In this document: positions 35,188 to 43,872 of the stretch, in pieces
Position numbering within the stretch: the first letter of the stretch is position 1
Layout: each line of letters opens with the position of its first letter
Source: Chloroflexota bacterium
GTDB lineage: Bacteria > Chloroflexota > Dehalococcoidia > GIF9 > UBA5629
Direction of reading: 5' to 3'
Assembly: GCA_016875925.1 (NCBI GenBank)
Contig: VGOO01000002.1
Span: 4,431 to 68,430 of the forward strand
DNA: 64,000 nucleotides
Translations under genes and position numbers: made by a program
The notes under the pieces: model-generated
Told to the model about the DNA's origin: nothing
The model's database searches: none
What the model saw: only the letters and a program-made list of their open reading frames with translations

Positions 35188-36225
35188 ATGGTTGCTTTGT
35201 ATGTCACTTCTGTTGAGGCAGCGGGCAAAACTGCTCTTTGTGCTGGCATCGGCAAAAAACTTGTTGCCCAGGGCAAGAAAGTAGGCTACTTCAAGCCTGT
35301 TCAGCTTTCTGAACCGGGTGGAAGTGACGGCAGAGATATAGCCTTTGTGAAAGAGGCTTTGGGATTAACCGAATCTACTGATGTTATTTGTCCTTTGCAT
35401 TTGTCTCGTAAAGAGTTATGGCAGGGCTTGACCGGCGATGAGGCAGATTTTGTGCAAGGGCTAAAGCGTGCCTATGGCAAGGTGTCCAAGGGGAAAGACA
35501 TTGTGTTGGTTGAGGGCCTGAGTGAAGTGGGCAAGGACAAGGTATCCACACTGGCTTGTCAGAATATATCCGAAGCCCTGGATACCAGGGTGGTAATAGT
35601 GCTACGTTATTTCCCGTTCATGGAGGTGGGAGAGCTCACGAAAGTTGCCAGGAAATTAGGGCAACGGCTTTTGGGAGTCATCATAAACTTTGCGCCTGAA
35701 TCCAGTGTGGAGGCTGTAAGGCAACATCTTACCGAGTCATTCAAGAAGAGTGGTGTGAGGGTGTTGGGCGTTATTCCAGAAGTGCGTAGTTTGCTCGGGG
35801 TAAGCGTGAAGGAGTTAGCCGATGCTCTGGAAGGGGAGATTGTTACATGTAAGGATAAAGCCGATGCCTTGGTAGAGAACGTTATGTTGGGGGCTATGAC
35901 ACCTGATTCGGGGATAGACTACTTCAGCCGTAAGGCGAACAAAGCGGCTATTGTTCGGGGTGACCGGCCTGATATACAGTTGGCAGCGCTGGAGACGTCA
36001 ACCAGGTGTTTGGTTTTGACCGGTAACGCGAAGCCGTTGCCGGCAGTGGCGGTTCAGGCTGAGGACAAATGTGTGCCTCTGGTGCTGGTGAGACAGGGTG
36101 TTTCTGAGGTTGTTTCCGGTGTCGAGAAGGCTCTGGTCAGAGCTAGTTTTGACACATCACAGAAGCTGATGAAATTTGAGAGCGCACTCGAGAAAAGCCT
36201 CGACTTGAAGGTGCTCTTTTCCTAG
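35188..36225 (+). CDS. Phosphotransacetylase N-terminal-like protein (BioD/CobQ-like P-loop + DRTGG domain), no catalytic PTA domain
   Basis: LYVTSVEAAGKTALCAGIGKKL..GYFKP, and later ..AAIVRGDRPDIQLAAL..CLVLTGN (DRTGG-like). Confidence 0.65.
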   Translation: MVALYVTSVEAAGKTALCAGIGKKLVAQGKKVGYFKPVQLSEPGGSDGRDIAFVKEALGLTESTDVICPLHLSRKELWQGLTGDEADFVQGLKRAYGKVSKGKDIVLVEGLSEVGKDKVSTLACQNISEALDTRVVIVLRYFPFMEVGELTKVARKLGQRLLGVIINFAPESSVEAVRQHLTESFKKSGVRVLGVIPEVRSLLGVSVKELADALEGEIVTCKDKADALVENVMLGAMTPDSGIDYFSRKANKAAIVRGDRPDIQLAALETSTRCLVLTGNAKPLPAVAVQAEDKCVPLVLVRQGVSEVVSGVEKALVRASFDTSQKLMKFESALEKSLDLKVLFS

Positions 36226-36239
36226 TTGGGTCTTTAGAG

Positions 36240-36458
36240 CTATTCTTTGTTATCCATTCCCAGGAGAGCCTTGGCTTTTTGTGCCATATCTGCTGGTACC
36301 TGGACTTCCACCTGGCCTAGACCATCGATTATTAGACCGAACACAATACCTGCGCTCTCGTATTTGAGCACTGCTTGAATACCGTTGCTCTCCAGTCTGC
36401 CTTTTATTATCTCGGCTTCCGGCTGTCCACTGGCTGTGTAAACAGTGACCATTTTCAT
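36240..36458 (-). CDS. DUF2007-like small protein
   Basis: MKMVTVYTASGQPEAEIIKGRLESNGIQAVL..VEVQVPADMAQKAKALL. The start is taken at the internal ATG 36458, which keeps it clear of the hairpin. Confidence 0.55.
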   Translation of the reverse strand: MKMVTVYTASGQPEAEIIKGRLESNGIQAVLKYESAGIVFGLIIDGLGQVEVQVPADMAQKAKALLGMDNKE

Positions 36459-36474
36459 GTTGACGAGACAAAGC

Positions 36475-36516
36475 AAATCCTAGCTTGAGAGCCGCTTGGC
36501 TTCCAAGCTAGGATTT
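36475..36516 (-). other. Intercistronic stem-loop (13-bp stem, terminator-like, weak U tract)
   Basis: aaatcctagcttg..(loop with inner stem agcc/ggct)..caagctaggattt. It lies between the Cys-rich gene's stop (36550) and the DUF2007 start. It is followed by ttttt-gg on the plus strand and gctttgtct on the minus strand. Confidence 0.4.
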
Positions 36517-36549
36517 TTGGCGACTTATATTATGGTGCTGTGGTAAATT

Positions 36550-37230
36550 TTAATTGTTTACGCCAGGGTTGGCGCAGAGGTTATCCTGTAAGCAGTATGT
36601 CTGGGCACAGTGCTCAGTATGTGGACATCCTGAAGTGCCCCAGTCACCGCCGGTGCCACCGCCGTAGCAAGCGCTGGTTCCGAAGTGGGAAGGATGGTCA
36701 TTATTGACCCTGGCATGATTGCCGATGTCGCATCCAGCCCAGGATTTGTTGGCGAATGCGAGGCTGACGCCCCAGCAGCAGCAGCATGTTGCTTGCTTGT
36801 AGATAGCTTTTTCGGGACAGTCTTGCCGACAGTCAGGAACCAAGCCGCATGATTGAGCAGTCAGCGATTTCTCGCATGCAGCAGGATCTGAACATGTTGC
36901 GCAATGGCCAGAATCCTCTGTTCGACATGCTGGGCAGCCGCAATAGCAGGCATTGGGTCCGATAGTGTTGCAGTCGATATACGTGCCGATGTTTGGTCCG
37001 GCAAGCCCTGCCAGGCGCGACATAGCCTGGATTGGAGTCCTGCCCCAGTGTTTCAGGTAGAGGTTTCTCGAGTTCTCGTTGTCCCACCACTTGGGATGGG
37101 GGTCAAACTCGCCTACAGCAAGTCCTCCTGTGCATTCTCCAGGCGGTGCATCCGCCAACACTGGAAGCGGTATCAGCACCAATGAGACTGCCAGCATGAG
37201 GCCAAATAAAGCACCCAAAATTCTCCTCAA
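36550..37230 (-). CDS. Secreted cysteine-rich protein of unknown function (22 Cys)
   Basis: Signal peptide MRRILGALFGLMLAVSLVLIPLPVLA. Cys clusters NACYCGCPACR, GHCATCSD, PDCRQDCPE, ATCCCCWG and EHCAQTYCLQDNLC. Confidence 0.65.
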   Translation of the reverse strand: MRRILGALFGLMLAVSLVLIPLPVLADAPPGECTGGLAVGEFDPHPKWWDNENSRNLYLKHWGRTPIQAMSRLAGLAGPNIGTYIDCNTIGPNACYCGCPACRTEDSGHCATCSDPAACEKSLTAQSCGLVPDCRQDCPEKAIYKQATCCCCWGVSLAFANKSWAGCDIGNHARVNNDHPSHFGTSACYGGGTGGDWGTSGCPHTEHCAQTYCLQDNLCANPGVNN

Positions 37231-37308
37231 ATTTCACCTCCGTTTTGAGTTTTGCCATGATTTTACAAGGTGAAAAGGCCTTTGTCAATAGGCAAAAGAG
37301 AAAGATGC

Positions 37309-37337
37309 TTGAAAATCGTCCTGGCAATATATACAAT
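37309..37337 (+). promoter_or_regulatory. Candidate sigma-70-type promoter of speH-speE (TTGAAA-17 nt-TACAAT)
   Basis: ttgaaa at 37309-37314, a 17-nt spacer, tacaat at 37332-37337, about 83 nt upstream of the TTG start. Confidence 0.4.
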
Positions 37338-37419
37338 TACGCCTTGTTGCCATCGAAAACGGCACGATTGGAGGTGAGATCTTCGGCAACTAAAAAATCT
37401 TAAAAGGAGGGACGGTGAT

Positions 37420-37791
37420 TTGAATGCTCTCGGAAGACACTTGTTGCTGGAACTGAAAGACTGCAACCCGGAGGTGCTCAATGACCTGGAGTTTCTCAAA
37501 AGTAGTCTTACCGAAACCGCTGTCCAGATTGGAGCTACCGTAATTGGCGATTCGTTCCATCAGTTTAGCCCCCAGGGCGTGAGCGGTGTGGTGATTATCT
37601 CTGAGTCTCATCTGTTCATCCATACCTGGCCAGAGTATAGCTATGCCGCAGTGGATGTGTTCACCTGCGGGGAAAAGGTCGACCCGATGCTAGCAGTGAA
37701 ACCGCTAGTTGAGAAGCTGGGGTCGAAGTCCTCCTCGGTCATAGAATTGAAGAGGGGGATTTTACAGGATATCGAGCTTGCTGTGAGTTGA
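37420..37791 (+). CDS. speH: S-adenosylmethionine decarboxylase proenzyme (small prokaryotic class)
   Basis: GRHLLLELKDC.., the self-cleavage motif VVIISESHLFIHTWPE, and AVDVFTCG. TTG start 9 nt after aaggagg. Confidence 0.9.
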   Translation: MNALGRHLLLELKDCNPEVLNDLEFLKSSLTETAVQIGATVIGDSFHQFSPQGVSGVVIISESHLFIHTWPEYSYAAVDVFTCGEKVDPMLAVKPLVEKLGSKSSSVIELKRGILQDIELAVS

Positions 37792-37792
37792 C

Positions 37793-38758
37793 ATGAATGA
37801 CCCTGATAACCCTGACAAACGTAAATGGCTGCGTGATGCGGTTAGCCCTGACCTAGTCCAGTTTCACAGCATCAAGCAGATAATATATTCAGGGCGAACT
37901 GAATTCCAGAAAGTCGACGTTGTCGATACTGGAAGCTTTGGCGTTTGCCTGGTACTTGATGGCAGGATACAGTCCAGCGAGAGAGATGAGTTCATTTATC
38001 ATGAGACGCTGGTGCATCCTGCAATGTTAAGCCATCCAAATCCAGAGACTGTGTTAATTGCTGGTGGGGGTGAGGGCGCTACACTGCGCGAGGTGCTGGC
38101 ACATAAGACGGTGAAAAAAGCAGTGATGGTAGATATCGATAAGCAGGTAATAGATATCTGCCGTCGCTTTCTTGTTGATTTTCATCAGGGTTCCTTTGAT
38201 GACCCTCGAACGGAACTCGTGATTGCAGATGCACGGAAATACCTGGAGGAAACAAAAGGCGAGTTCGATGTGGCCATTATTGACCTTGTGGAGCCATTGG
38301 AAGCAGGCCCGGCCTGTCTGCTGTACACAAGAGAGTTTTATCAGCTCGTGAGGGGGAGCTTGAAGCCAGGTGGTATCATGAGCGTTCAGTCGGGGGCTTC
38401 TGGCTGGACAAGCCCGGATAATTTCGCTGCCATCATCAGCACCCTGAGGAGCGTTTTCCCCATAGTTTGTCCCTATCAGGTATATGTGCCTTCTTTTGTG
38501 GAGCTGTGGGGATTTGCCGCTTGTTCGGATAGCCTGAATTCCACATCGCTATCTGCCGAGGAAATCGACCGCAGGATTGCTACCAGGCTGAACAGGGAGT
38601 TGAAGTTCTTCGATGGGACGATTTGTCCTACTCTGTTTGCCTTGCCCAAATATCTGCGCCAACAATTGGCTACTAACAGCAGGATTATAACCGATAGTGA
38701 GCCTATAATTACCTATTCAGAGCGCGATGGTATCTCGTCTTTTCTGCCACGAACCTAG
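37793..38758 (+). CDS. speE: Spermidine synthase
   Basis: LVLDGRIQSSERDEFIYHE, GGGEGATLREVL, VMVDID and IIDLVEP. Confidence 0.9.
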   Translation: MNDPDNPDKRKWLRDAVSPDLVQFHSIKQIIYSGRTEFQKVDVVDTGSFGVCLVLDGRIQSSERDEFIYHETLVHPAMLSHPNPETVLIAGGGEGATLREVLAHKTVKKAVMVDIDKQVIDICRRFLVDFHQGSFDDPRTELVIADARKYLEETKGEFDVAIIDLVEPLEAGPACLLYTREFYQLVRGSLKPGGIMSVQSGASGWTSPDNFAAIISTLRSVFPIVCPYQVYVPSFVELWGFAACSDSLNSTSLSAEEIDRRIATRLNRELKFFDGTICPTLFALPKYLRQQLATNSRIITDSEPIITYSERDGISSFLPRT

Positions 38759-38779
38759 CCGGTAGAGACCGGCCAGGTT

Positions 38780-39397
38780 CTACATCGGTCCGCAATCAAA
38801 ATTTTTGTGATCTTCTTGTTGTCTATGGCGGCTGATCTCCATGATAATAAAGTTGCAGCCATTGTAATGGAGCGTTCCTTTGCGGATGAAGCCACATTTC
38901 TCGAAGCACTTGTGTGCTCTGGTATTCCAGTCCAGCGTCTTGAGGAACATGCTTTGCCATGGAGTCTGTGTGAATACGTAGTCTATAACTGTTGTTACAG
39001 CGTCTGTGCCGTAACCCTGGTTCCAGCAGGACTTTTCGCCTATCATAATTCCCAGTTCAGCTTCGTTCTTGCTGTTATCGCAGTTGAACAGGCTTAAGTT
39101 GCCGATATGCTTTCCATCCTGCGTTTCTATAGCAAATCGTAAACCTGGCGCCGGATAGCGTAATTGCTCGGTGTAATCGTTGAGAAATTCCTCGAATGAG
39201 TTTTTCATTGTGGGAGCGGCATCCAGATGGCATAGTTCAGCGTCTGTGCGCCAGACATAATCGGCGGCTGCATCCTGCAGACGTTTTGGGCGCAGCTTTA
39301 CCTTCTTGCCTACGAGTGTAGTTGTGGTTATATTTCCTGTGAAAGAGGGTCCTCGCAAAGCAAGAGCTCCTTCAAAGCGGCTGTGGCTGCCTCGCAA
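38780..39397 (-). CDS. GNAT-family N-acetyltransferase (RimJ/RimL-like)
   Basis: VKLRPKRLQDAAADYVW..AELGIMIGEKSCWNQGYGTDAV..KCGF. The ATG at 39397 overlaps the upstream gene by 70 nt, so the true start is uncertain. Confidence 0.7.
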   Translation of the reverse strand: MRGSHSRFEGALALRGPSFTGNITTTTLVGKKVKLRPKRLQDAAADYVWRTDAELCHLDAAPTMKNSFEEFLNDYTEQLRYPAPGLRFAIETQDGKHIGNLSLFNCDNSKNEAELGIMIGEKSCWNQGYGTDAVTTVIDYVFTQTPWQSMFLKTLDWNTRAHKCFEKCGFIRKGTLHYNGCNFIIMEISRHRQQEDHKNFDCGPM

Positions 39398-40260
39398 ATT
39401 CGTACATTCTGGGTTTTTGTTAACCTCTTCAGTATTTTCTTGGCTTGGTCGCCACCTATTTCGCCTATGGCTTTTATAGCTGCCTCTTGAACTTCTACGT
39501 CTTCATCCGTAGTCAATTTGCTGAGTTGTGGCACTGCTTCTTCAGCACCAAGCTCTCCAAGGGCGGCGGCAGCATTGTAGCGCATTTCTGGCTTGCTATT
39601 GCTCAGTTCCGACAGCAGGGGTTCTAGCCAAGCTCGGTCGCAGTTGCGTCCCATTGCGTATATGGCACTAGCTTTGAGCTTCAAATCTTTGCTGTGATAA
39701 GCATGCTCTATGAGTTCTTTAACACGAGGCTTGCTCAGAGGAGCTATTGCCTCCAGTGCTTGCCGTTTAACTTCAGTGTTCTCTGCCTGGTTATCCAGAA
39801 CCTGGAGCAAAGTTGAATATATCTTGTCTGTATGTACAGTGGCAAGCTTGCCTAACTCGGCAAGCAGGGAGAAGTTGCTCAAGGAAGTGGCTGCGGCGGC
39901 ACGTACACTCGCTGACCTGTCCTCTTTTAGCACTTTGGTCAGTGGCGCGATGACGGCCTCGTCCTCCTCTATTTCCAGTCCTATCACAGCCTGTCTTCGA
40001 ATTTGCTCGTCGGGGTCGCCGAGGCAGAAAAGGAAAATGTTTGTGAAATTGAGGCGAAAGTCGGTCTCACTCAGGTGGACTAGTCCGGAGATGACCTGCT
40101 GCTGTCTTTCTGTGCCTGAATTAGCCCAGGCTAATTTCAAGACTTGGAGGTCATTGTTGCTAAGGTCCGACAGGAGGGCTAACTTCGAGGCTTTCAGGTG
40201 CTTGTTTGGGTCGAGAATATCTGCGATAAGCAGGCTTTTGGGAGATGCTTCTGCTGTCAT
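39328..40260 (-). CDS. HEAT-repeat (PBS-lyase-like) protein
   Basis: Repeated ..VRAAAATSLSNF.., ..MRYNAAAALGELGAEEAVPQL.. and ..VQEAAIKAIGEIGG... Confidence 0.75.
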   Translation of the reverse strand: MTAEASPKSLLIADILDPNKHLKASKLALLSDLSNNDLQVLKLAWANSGTERQQQVISGLVHLSETDFRLNFTNIFLFCLGDPDEQIRRQAVIGLEIEEDEAVIAPLTKVLKEDRSASVRAAAATSLSNFSLLAELGKLATVHTDKIYSTLLQVLDNQAENTEVKRQALEAIAPLSKPRVKELIEHAYHSKDLKLKASAIYAMGRNCDRAWLEPLLSELSNSKPEMRYNAAAALGELGAEEAVPQLSKLTTDEDVEVQEAAIKAIGEIGGDQAKKILKRLTKTQNVRICEAATAALKELLLCEDPLSQEI

Positions 40261-41076
40261 TTAATCTCCGTTGTCCTCCTCTTCTTCCTCCTCCAGGTCT
40301 TCCTCTTCCTCAGGCGGCCATACCGGCTTGGTGTAGCGGTCTATGAATTCTCCCATAGCTTCAGCAGCGAGCTTTTTCATCTCCTCTTCAGATTCCTTAG
40401 CCACTGTTGTAAGCTCGCTTAAATCGACATCTATATTCAAGACTTTGGCCAGCGCGTCGGCAACTGCTAGGGCAGCCTTGGGGTTAGGTATTCGCGTGGC
40501 ATACATAGGCACTTCGCCAAGCAGGCAGACACCCTCCATTTTCCTTTCCTTGGAAACTCCCAGGAAAAGGCCGTTTAGGCCAGCAATCTGAAGGTTGCCC
40601 CGCAGAACCAGATTGAATTTCTTCAACTCGTCGATTGCATTCTGGCTGGTGGCTGCTAGCCAAACCCTTGGTTGCTCTGTGTGGTGGATTCTGGCAATAG
40701 CGGCGGCGCAGGTATATACTCGTTTAGCCTTGAACTGCTGGGCAACATCGAGCACGCAGTGAGCTAACTCATAGCCTTTGATGCCTGGTTGCTCATCTCC
40801 GATGAATAGGAGCAAGTCTCTTTCCGATTTGGTGTTGTGCCAGTAATAGAACTTGCTCTCTGGGAATTGGGGTGTCTCGATTATGTTGTTCTTGACCATG
40901 ACACCGATGGGGTCGAAGAAGTCAAAAGGCTCGATTTCGCCTATCTCCTCGGCACCGAGTTTGTCTTTTATGTACCTGGCGATTATGAGCGCCACATTGC
41001 CGATACCAGGCCAGGCTGCTAGAAGGTCACAGGACTTGATATGTGGCTCTTTATAGATTATCACCGGACCTTCCAT
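40261..41076 (-). CDS. PAC2 (proteasome-assembly-chaperone-2-like) family protein with an acidic tail
   Basis: LLAAWPGIGNVALIIARYI.., LLLFIGDEQP, and a C-terminus PPEEEEDLEEEEEEDNGD. Confidence 0.7.
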   Translation of the reverse strand: MEGPVIIYKEPHIKSCDLLAAWPGIGNVALIIARYIKDKLGAEEIGEIEPFDFFDPIGVMVKNNIIETPQFPESKFYYWHNTKSERDLLLFIGDEQPGIKGYELAHCVLDVAQQFKAKRVYTCAAAIARIHHTEQPRVWLAATSQNAIDELKKFNLVLRGNLQIAGLNGLFLGVSKERKMEGVCLLGEVPMYATRIPNPKAALAVADALAKVLNIDVDLSELTTVAKESEEEMKKLAAEAMGEFIDRYTKPVWPPEEEEDLEEEEEEDNGD

Positions 41077-41085
41077 GTCTATTCC

Positions 41086-42390
41086 TCAGCCATTCTTTGT
41101 TGTAACCGAGAGTTCAAGGCAATAGAGATGGGGTGTATAGAGAAAGCCGCCAACCCATCTGGCATCCTTGCCTATCCCCCCCAGTTTTTTCAGGACATCG
41201 AACGCATTGCCTGAGACCATGGTATTTTTGACTCGACCGGTTATCTCGCCTCTCTCAATTTTATAGCCAAGCAACACGTTGCCGCTGAAGTCTCCATTCA
41301 GGATGTTACCTTGTTCGGCACCCATCAAGAAGTCTATGACCAGTCCCTCTTTTATGTCCTTGACCATGTCTTTGTAGGAGAGGTTGCCCGGGGTTGCTAC
41401 CAGCGAGTTTGGCGATGGTGTGGGCATGCCCCCTGCCCTGGTTCCGTTACCTGTGCTTTTCTTGCCGGCAAGTGCGGCTGTTTGCAGGTCATAATAGAAA
41501 TTTGAGATTACTCCGCTTTCGACAAGTGGTGTGCGCTGGCCAGGCACGCCTTCATCGTCGCAGGGGCAACTGGCTACCTGGTAGGGAAGAGTAGCATCGT
41601 CCCAAAGCGAGAAGGATTTATCAAAGACCTGTTTGCCTACTTTATCTTTCAATGGTGAGGCGCCCTCGAGCACGGTTTTCCCGTTGAATGCTGCTACCAG
41701 TGGTGACAGAAGGGCGCTGGCTACTCCCAGCGGCGTGAAGACGACAGGCATTGGCCCAGGGGATATGTCGGTATTTATCCTGGCTAATTCCAGTTGCCTG
41801 GTGACTTCTGCCACAACTATCTCTGGGCTGCGTATGGGATGGCACGAGCTCTGGCTATCGCCGACGAAGAGCATATCATCATTCCGTACCAGCACACCTT
41901 CGAGGCTGATATTGAAGAAGCTCTTTTGATATTCGGCTCTGTTGCCCTGTGAGTTGGCGATGTGTACCGATGTGATGCCTTTACTCACTGCTGCTTCACA
42001 TACCAACTCGGGAGTGTGTTTGAGAAGGGTATCAATCATCTGCTGTCCTATCTGCACCATGTCTTCTATGGCTAGTCTGTCCACCTGTGGGTCTAAAACT
42101 TGGACTGCGGGATAGGACTGGCTACCTGGGAAATCGAATCTAGCCTCGGCGCCGAATGTACAGGTTTCCAACGCCATATCAACCATTTTCTCTGGTTTAG
42201 CAAAGCCGTTGACCTGGGCAAACCCAATCCTGCCGTTTTTAATCAGCCGCAACGCTGTGGTGGTACTTTCTTTGGTATGGATTTGCTTTAGGCGATTGCC
42301 TTCGAAGCGGACTGGCGTTGTCTTTGTTGTGGCATGGAAGACCTCGGCCTGTTCGGCAACTTTTTTAGCTTGAGATAGAATGTCTTCCAT
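41086..42390 (-). CDS. pmbA: TldE/PmbA metalloprotease subunit
   Basis: TldD/PmbA-fold family by length and motifs (..GNGTRAGG..PSPNSL..). The start is taken at MEDILSQ (42390), 4 nt after the tldD stop. Confidence 0.8.
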   Translation of the reverse strand: MEDILSQAKKVAEQAEVFHATTKTTPVRFEGNRLKQIHTKESTTTALRLIKNGRIGFAQVNGFAKPEKMVDMALETCTFGAEARFDFPGSQSYPAVQVLDPQVDRLAIEDMVQIGQQMIDTLLKHTPELVCEAAVSKGITSVHIANSQGNRAEYQKSFFNISLEGVLVRNDDMLFVGDSQSSCHPIRSPEIVVAEVTRQLELARINTDISPGPMPVVFTPLGVASALLSPLVAAFNGKTVLEGASPLKDKVGKQVFDKSFSLWDDATLPYQVASCPCDDEGVPGQRTPLVESGVISNFYYDLQTAALAGKKSTGNGTRAGGMPTPSPNSLVATPGNLSYKDMVKDIKEGLVIDFLMGAEQGNILNGDFSGNVLLGYKIERGEITGRVKNTMVSGNAFDVLKKLGGIGKDARWVGGFLYTPHLYCLELSVTTKNG

Positions 42391-42394
42391 TTTG

Positions 42395-43768
42395 TTAGCT
42401 ACCCCCGACCAGGCAATGGCGAATTCTGATATGTGGGCTGCCGTTGGAAACTGGCAGTGGTGATTGTCCTGCTTTGCCACAGCCGCCTCCCTGGTTCATA
42501 TCCAGGTCATTTCCGATGGCGTCGATATTGGCCAATGTAGTGAAGACATTGCCGCTTAGCACCACTGGGCGAAGCAGTTCTGCGATTTTGCCATTGCGTA
42601 CCATGTAGGCTTCGCCTGCGGAGAAAGTGAACATCTCAAGGCTGGTGGTACCCCCATACCAGTCCTTGGCGTAAATGCCTTCTTTTATCTCACTGAGCAT
42701 ATCCTCGAGAGCGACTTCACCTGGCTCGATAAATGTGTTGGTCATACGCACTATGGGGGGATAGCGGTAGTTTATGGCGCGGGCGTTGCCTGTGGGCTTT
42801 TCTCCCATCATGGCTGCTGTTTCGCGTGAATGGAGTCTGCTTTCCAGGACTCCTTCCCTGATTAGATAGGTCTTTGTGGCTGGGACACCCTCGTCGTCAT
42901 ATTTGTAGCTGCCTCGTAGTCCCGGGACAGCAGCGCCATCGACGATATTGAGATGCTTGCTGCCGAATTTGCGCCCCAGAACCATAAGTTCCTGCAATCT
43001 CTTGTTTTCGTGGACATGGTCAGCTTCTGAGAGGTGGCCGAAGGCTTCATGGGCGAATACACCAGCCAGTACAGGGTCCAGAATGACGGTATATTCCCCA
43101 CCTTTAGCTTGTGGGGCTGAAAGTAGATTGACTGCTCGCTGTGCCATGTCCTTTACTTTTGGTTGTAGACCCTCGATGGCTGAGAAATCACCGAGACTGC
43201 CTATGCTCAGGCCGACCTGCTGCACCTGTCCATCTGCTGTGGCGATGGCTGCCAGGCGCAAGCCTACGTCTATCCTTTCCTGTTCGATATAGGTGCCTTC
43301 GGAATTGGCAAAGCAGACCTTCTTCTGGCTATCGTGATATCCGATGGTTGATGTCTGTATCTTTGGTGTGCTCAGGATGAGGTCGTTGTATTCGTCTAGC
43401 AGCTCCTTTTTGGGAGCTAAGGGTACATCCAGTGGAGACTTCTTGGATTTGGCGGTTACCTTATCTAGCATCGGCGGCATCGGGCTGAATTTGCTTTCTT
43501 CTTTGTCTACTAACTTAGCTTGCTTCACAGCCAACTTGACTTTGTCACTCAGCTCTTTGGTGTCATTGAAACTAACGAAGCCCCAGCCGCCTTTCACCAG
43601 GGCGCGGACGTTGCCTCCCAAGCTAGAGGTCTTGCCGATCTCCTCGAGACGCTTGCCCCGATATACGATTCGGGTCAGCGAGCTCTCTTCCAGCCGAATC
43701 TCCAGGTACTCAGCATCGTGCTCCTTCAGGGCGCTGGTGAGCAGGTCTTGTGTTCTGCCGTTTGGCAA
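42395..43768 (-). CDS. tldD: TldD metalloprotease
   Basis: The HEAFGHLSEAD metal-binding motif (HExxxH-type of TldD), and GGGCGKAGQ near the C-terminus. Confidence 0.9.
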   Translation of the reverse strand: MPNGRTQDLLTSALKEHDAEYLEIRLEESSLTRIVYRGKRLEEIGKTSSLGGNVRALVKGGWGFVSFNDTKELSDKVKLAVKQAKLVDKEESKFSPMPPMLDKVTAKSKKSPLDVPLAPKKELLDEYNDLILSTPKIQTSTIGYHDSQKKVCFANSEGTYIEQERIDVGLRLAAIATADGQVQQVGLSIGSLGDFSAIEGLQPKVKDMAQRAVNLLSAPQAKGGEYTVILDPVLAGVFAHEAFGHLSEADHVHENKRLQELMVLGRKFGSKHLNIVDGAAVPGLRGSYKYDDEGVPATKTYLIREGVLESRLHSRETAAMMGEKPTGNARAINYRYPPIVRMTNTFIEPGEVALEDMLSEIKEGIYAKDWYGGTTSLEMFTFSAGEAYMVRNGKIAELLRPVVLSGNVFTTLANIDAIGNDLDMNQGGGCGKAGQSPLPVSNGSPHIRIRHCLVGGS

Positions 43769-43872
43769 GTTTATCCTTTTATACCGGGCGTGTTGTTGTC
43801 CGGCTTTTCTTTATGCCGTTGAATATGCCTAATTATATGGATAGATGGTGTAAAGAGACAACTTCTGTCACT

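Noticed and set aside
36475-36516. Calling the hairpin a definite terminator of the Cys-rich gene
   Set aside because: The U tract is weak, and the next gene starts about 17 nt beyond it, leaving no room for a promoter. I keep it as a structural element of uncertain role.
39710-40264. 184-aa plus-strand ORF
   Set aside because: It is antisense to the HEAT-repeat gene, Ser/Arg-rich, and has no motifs.
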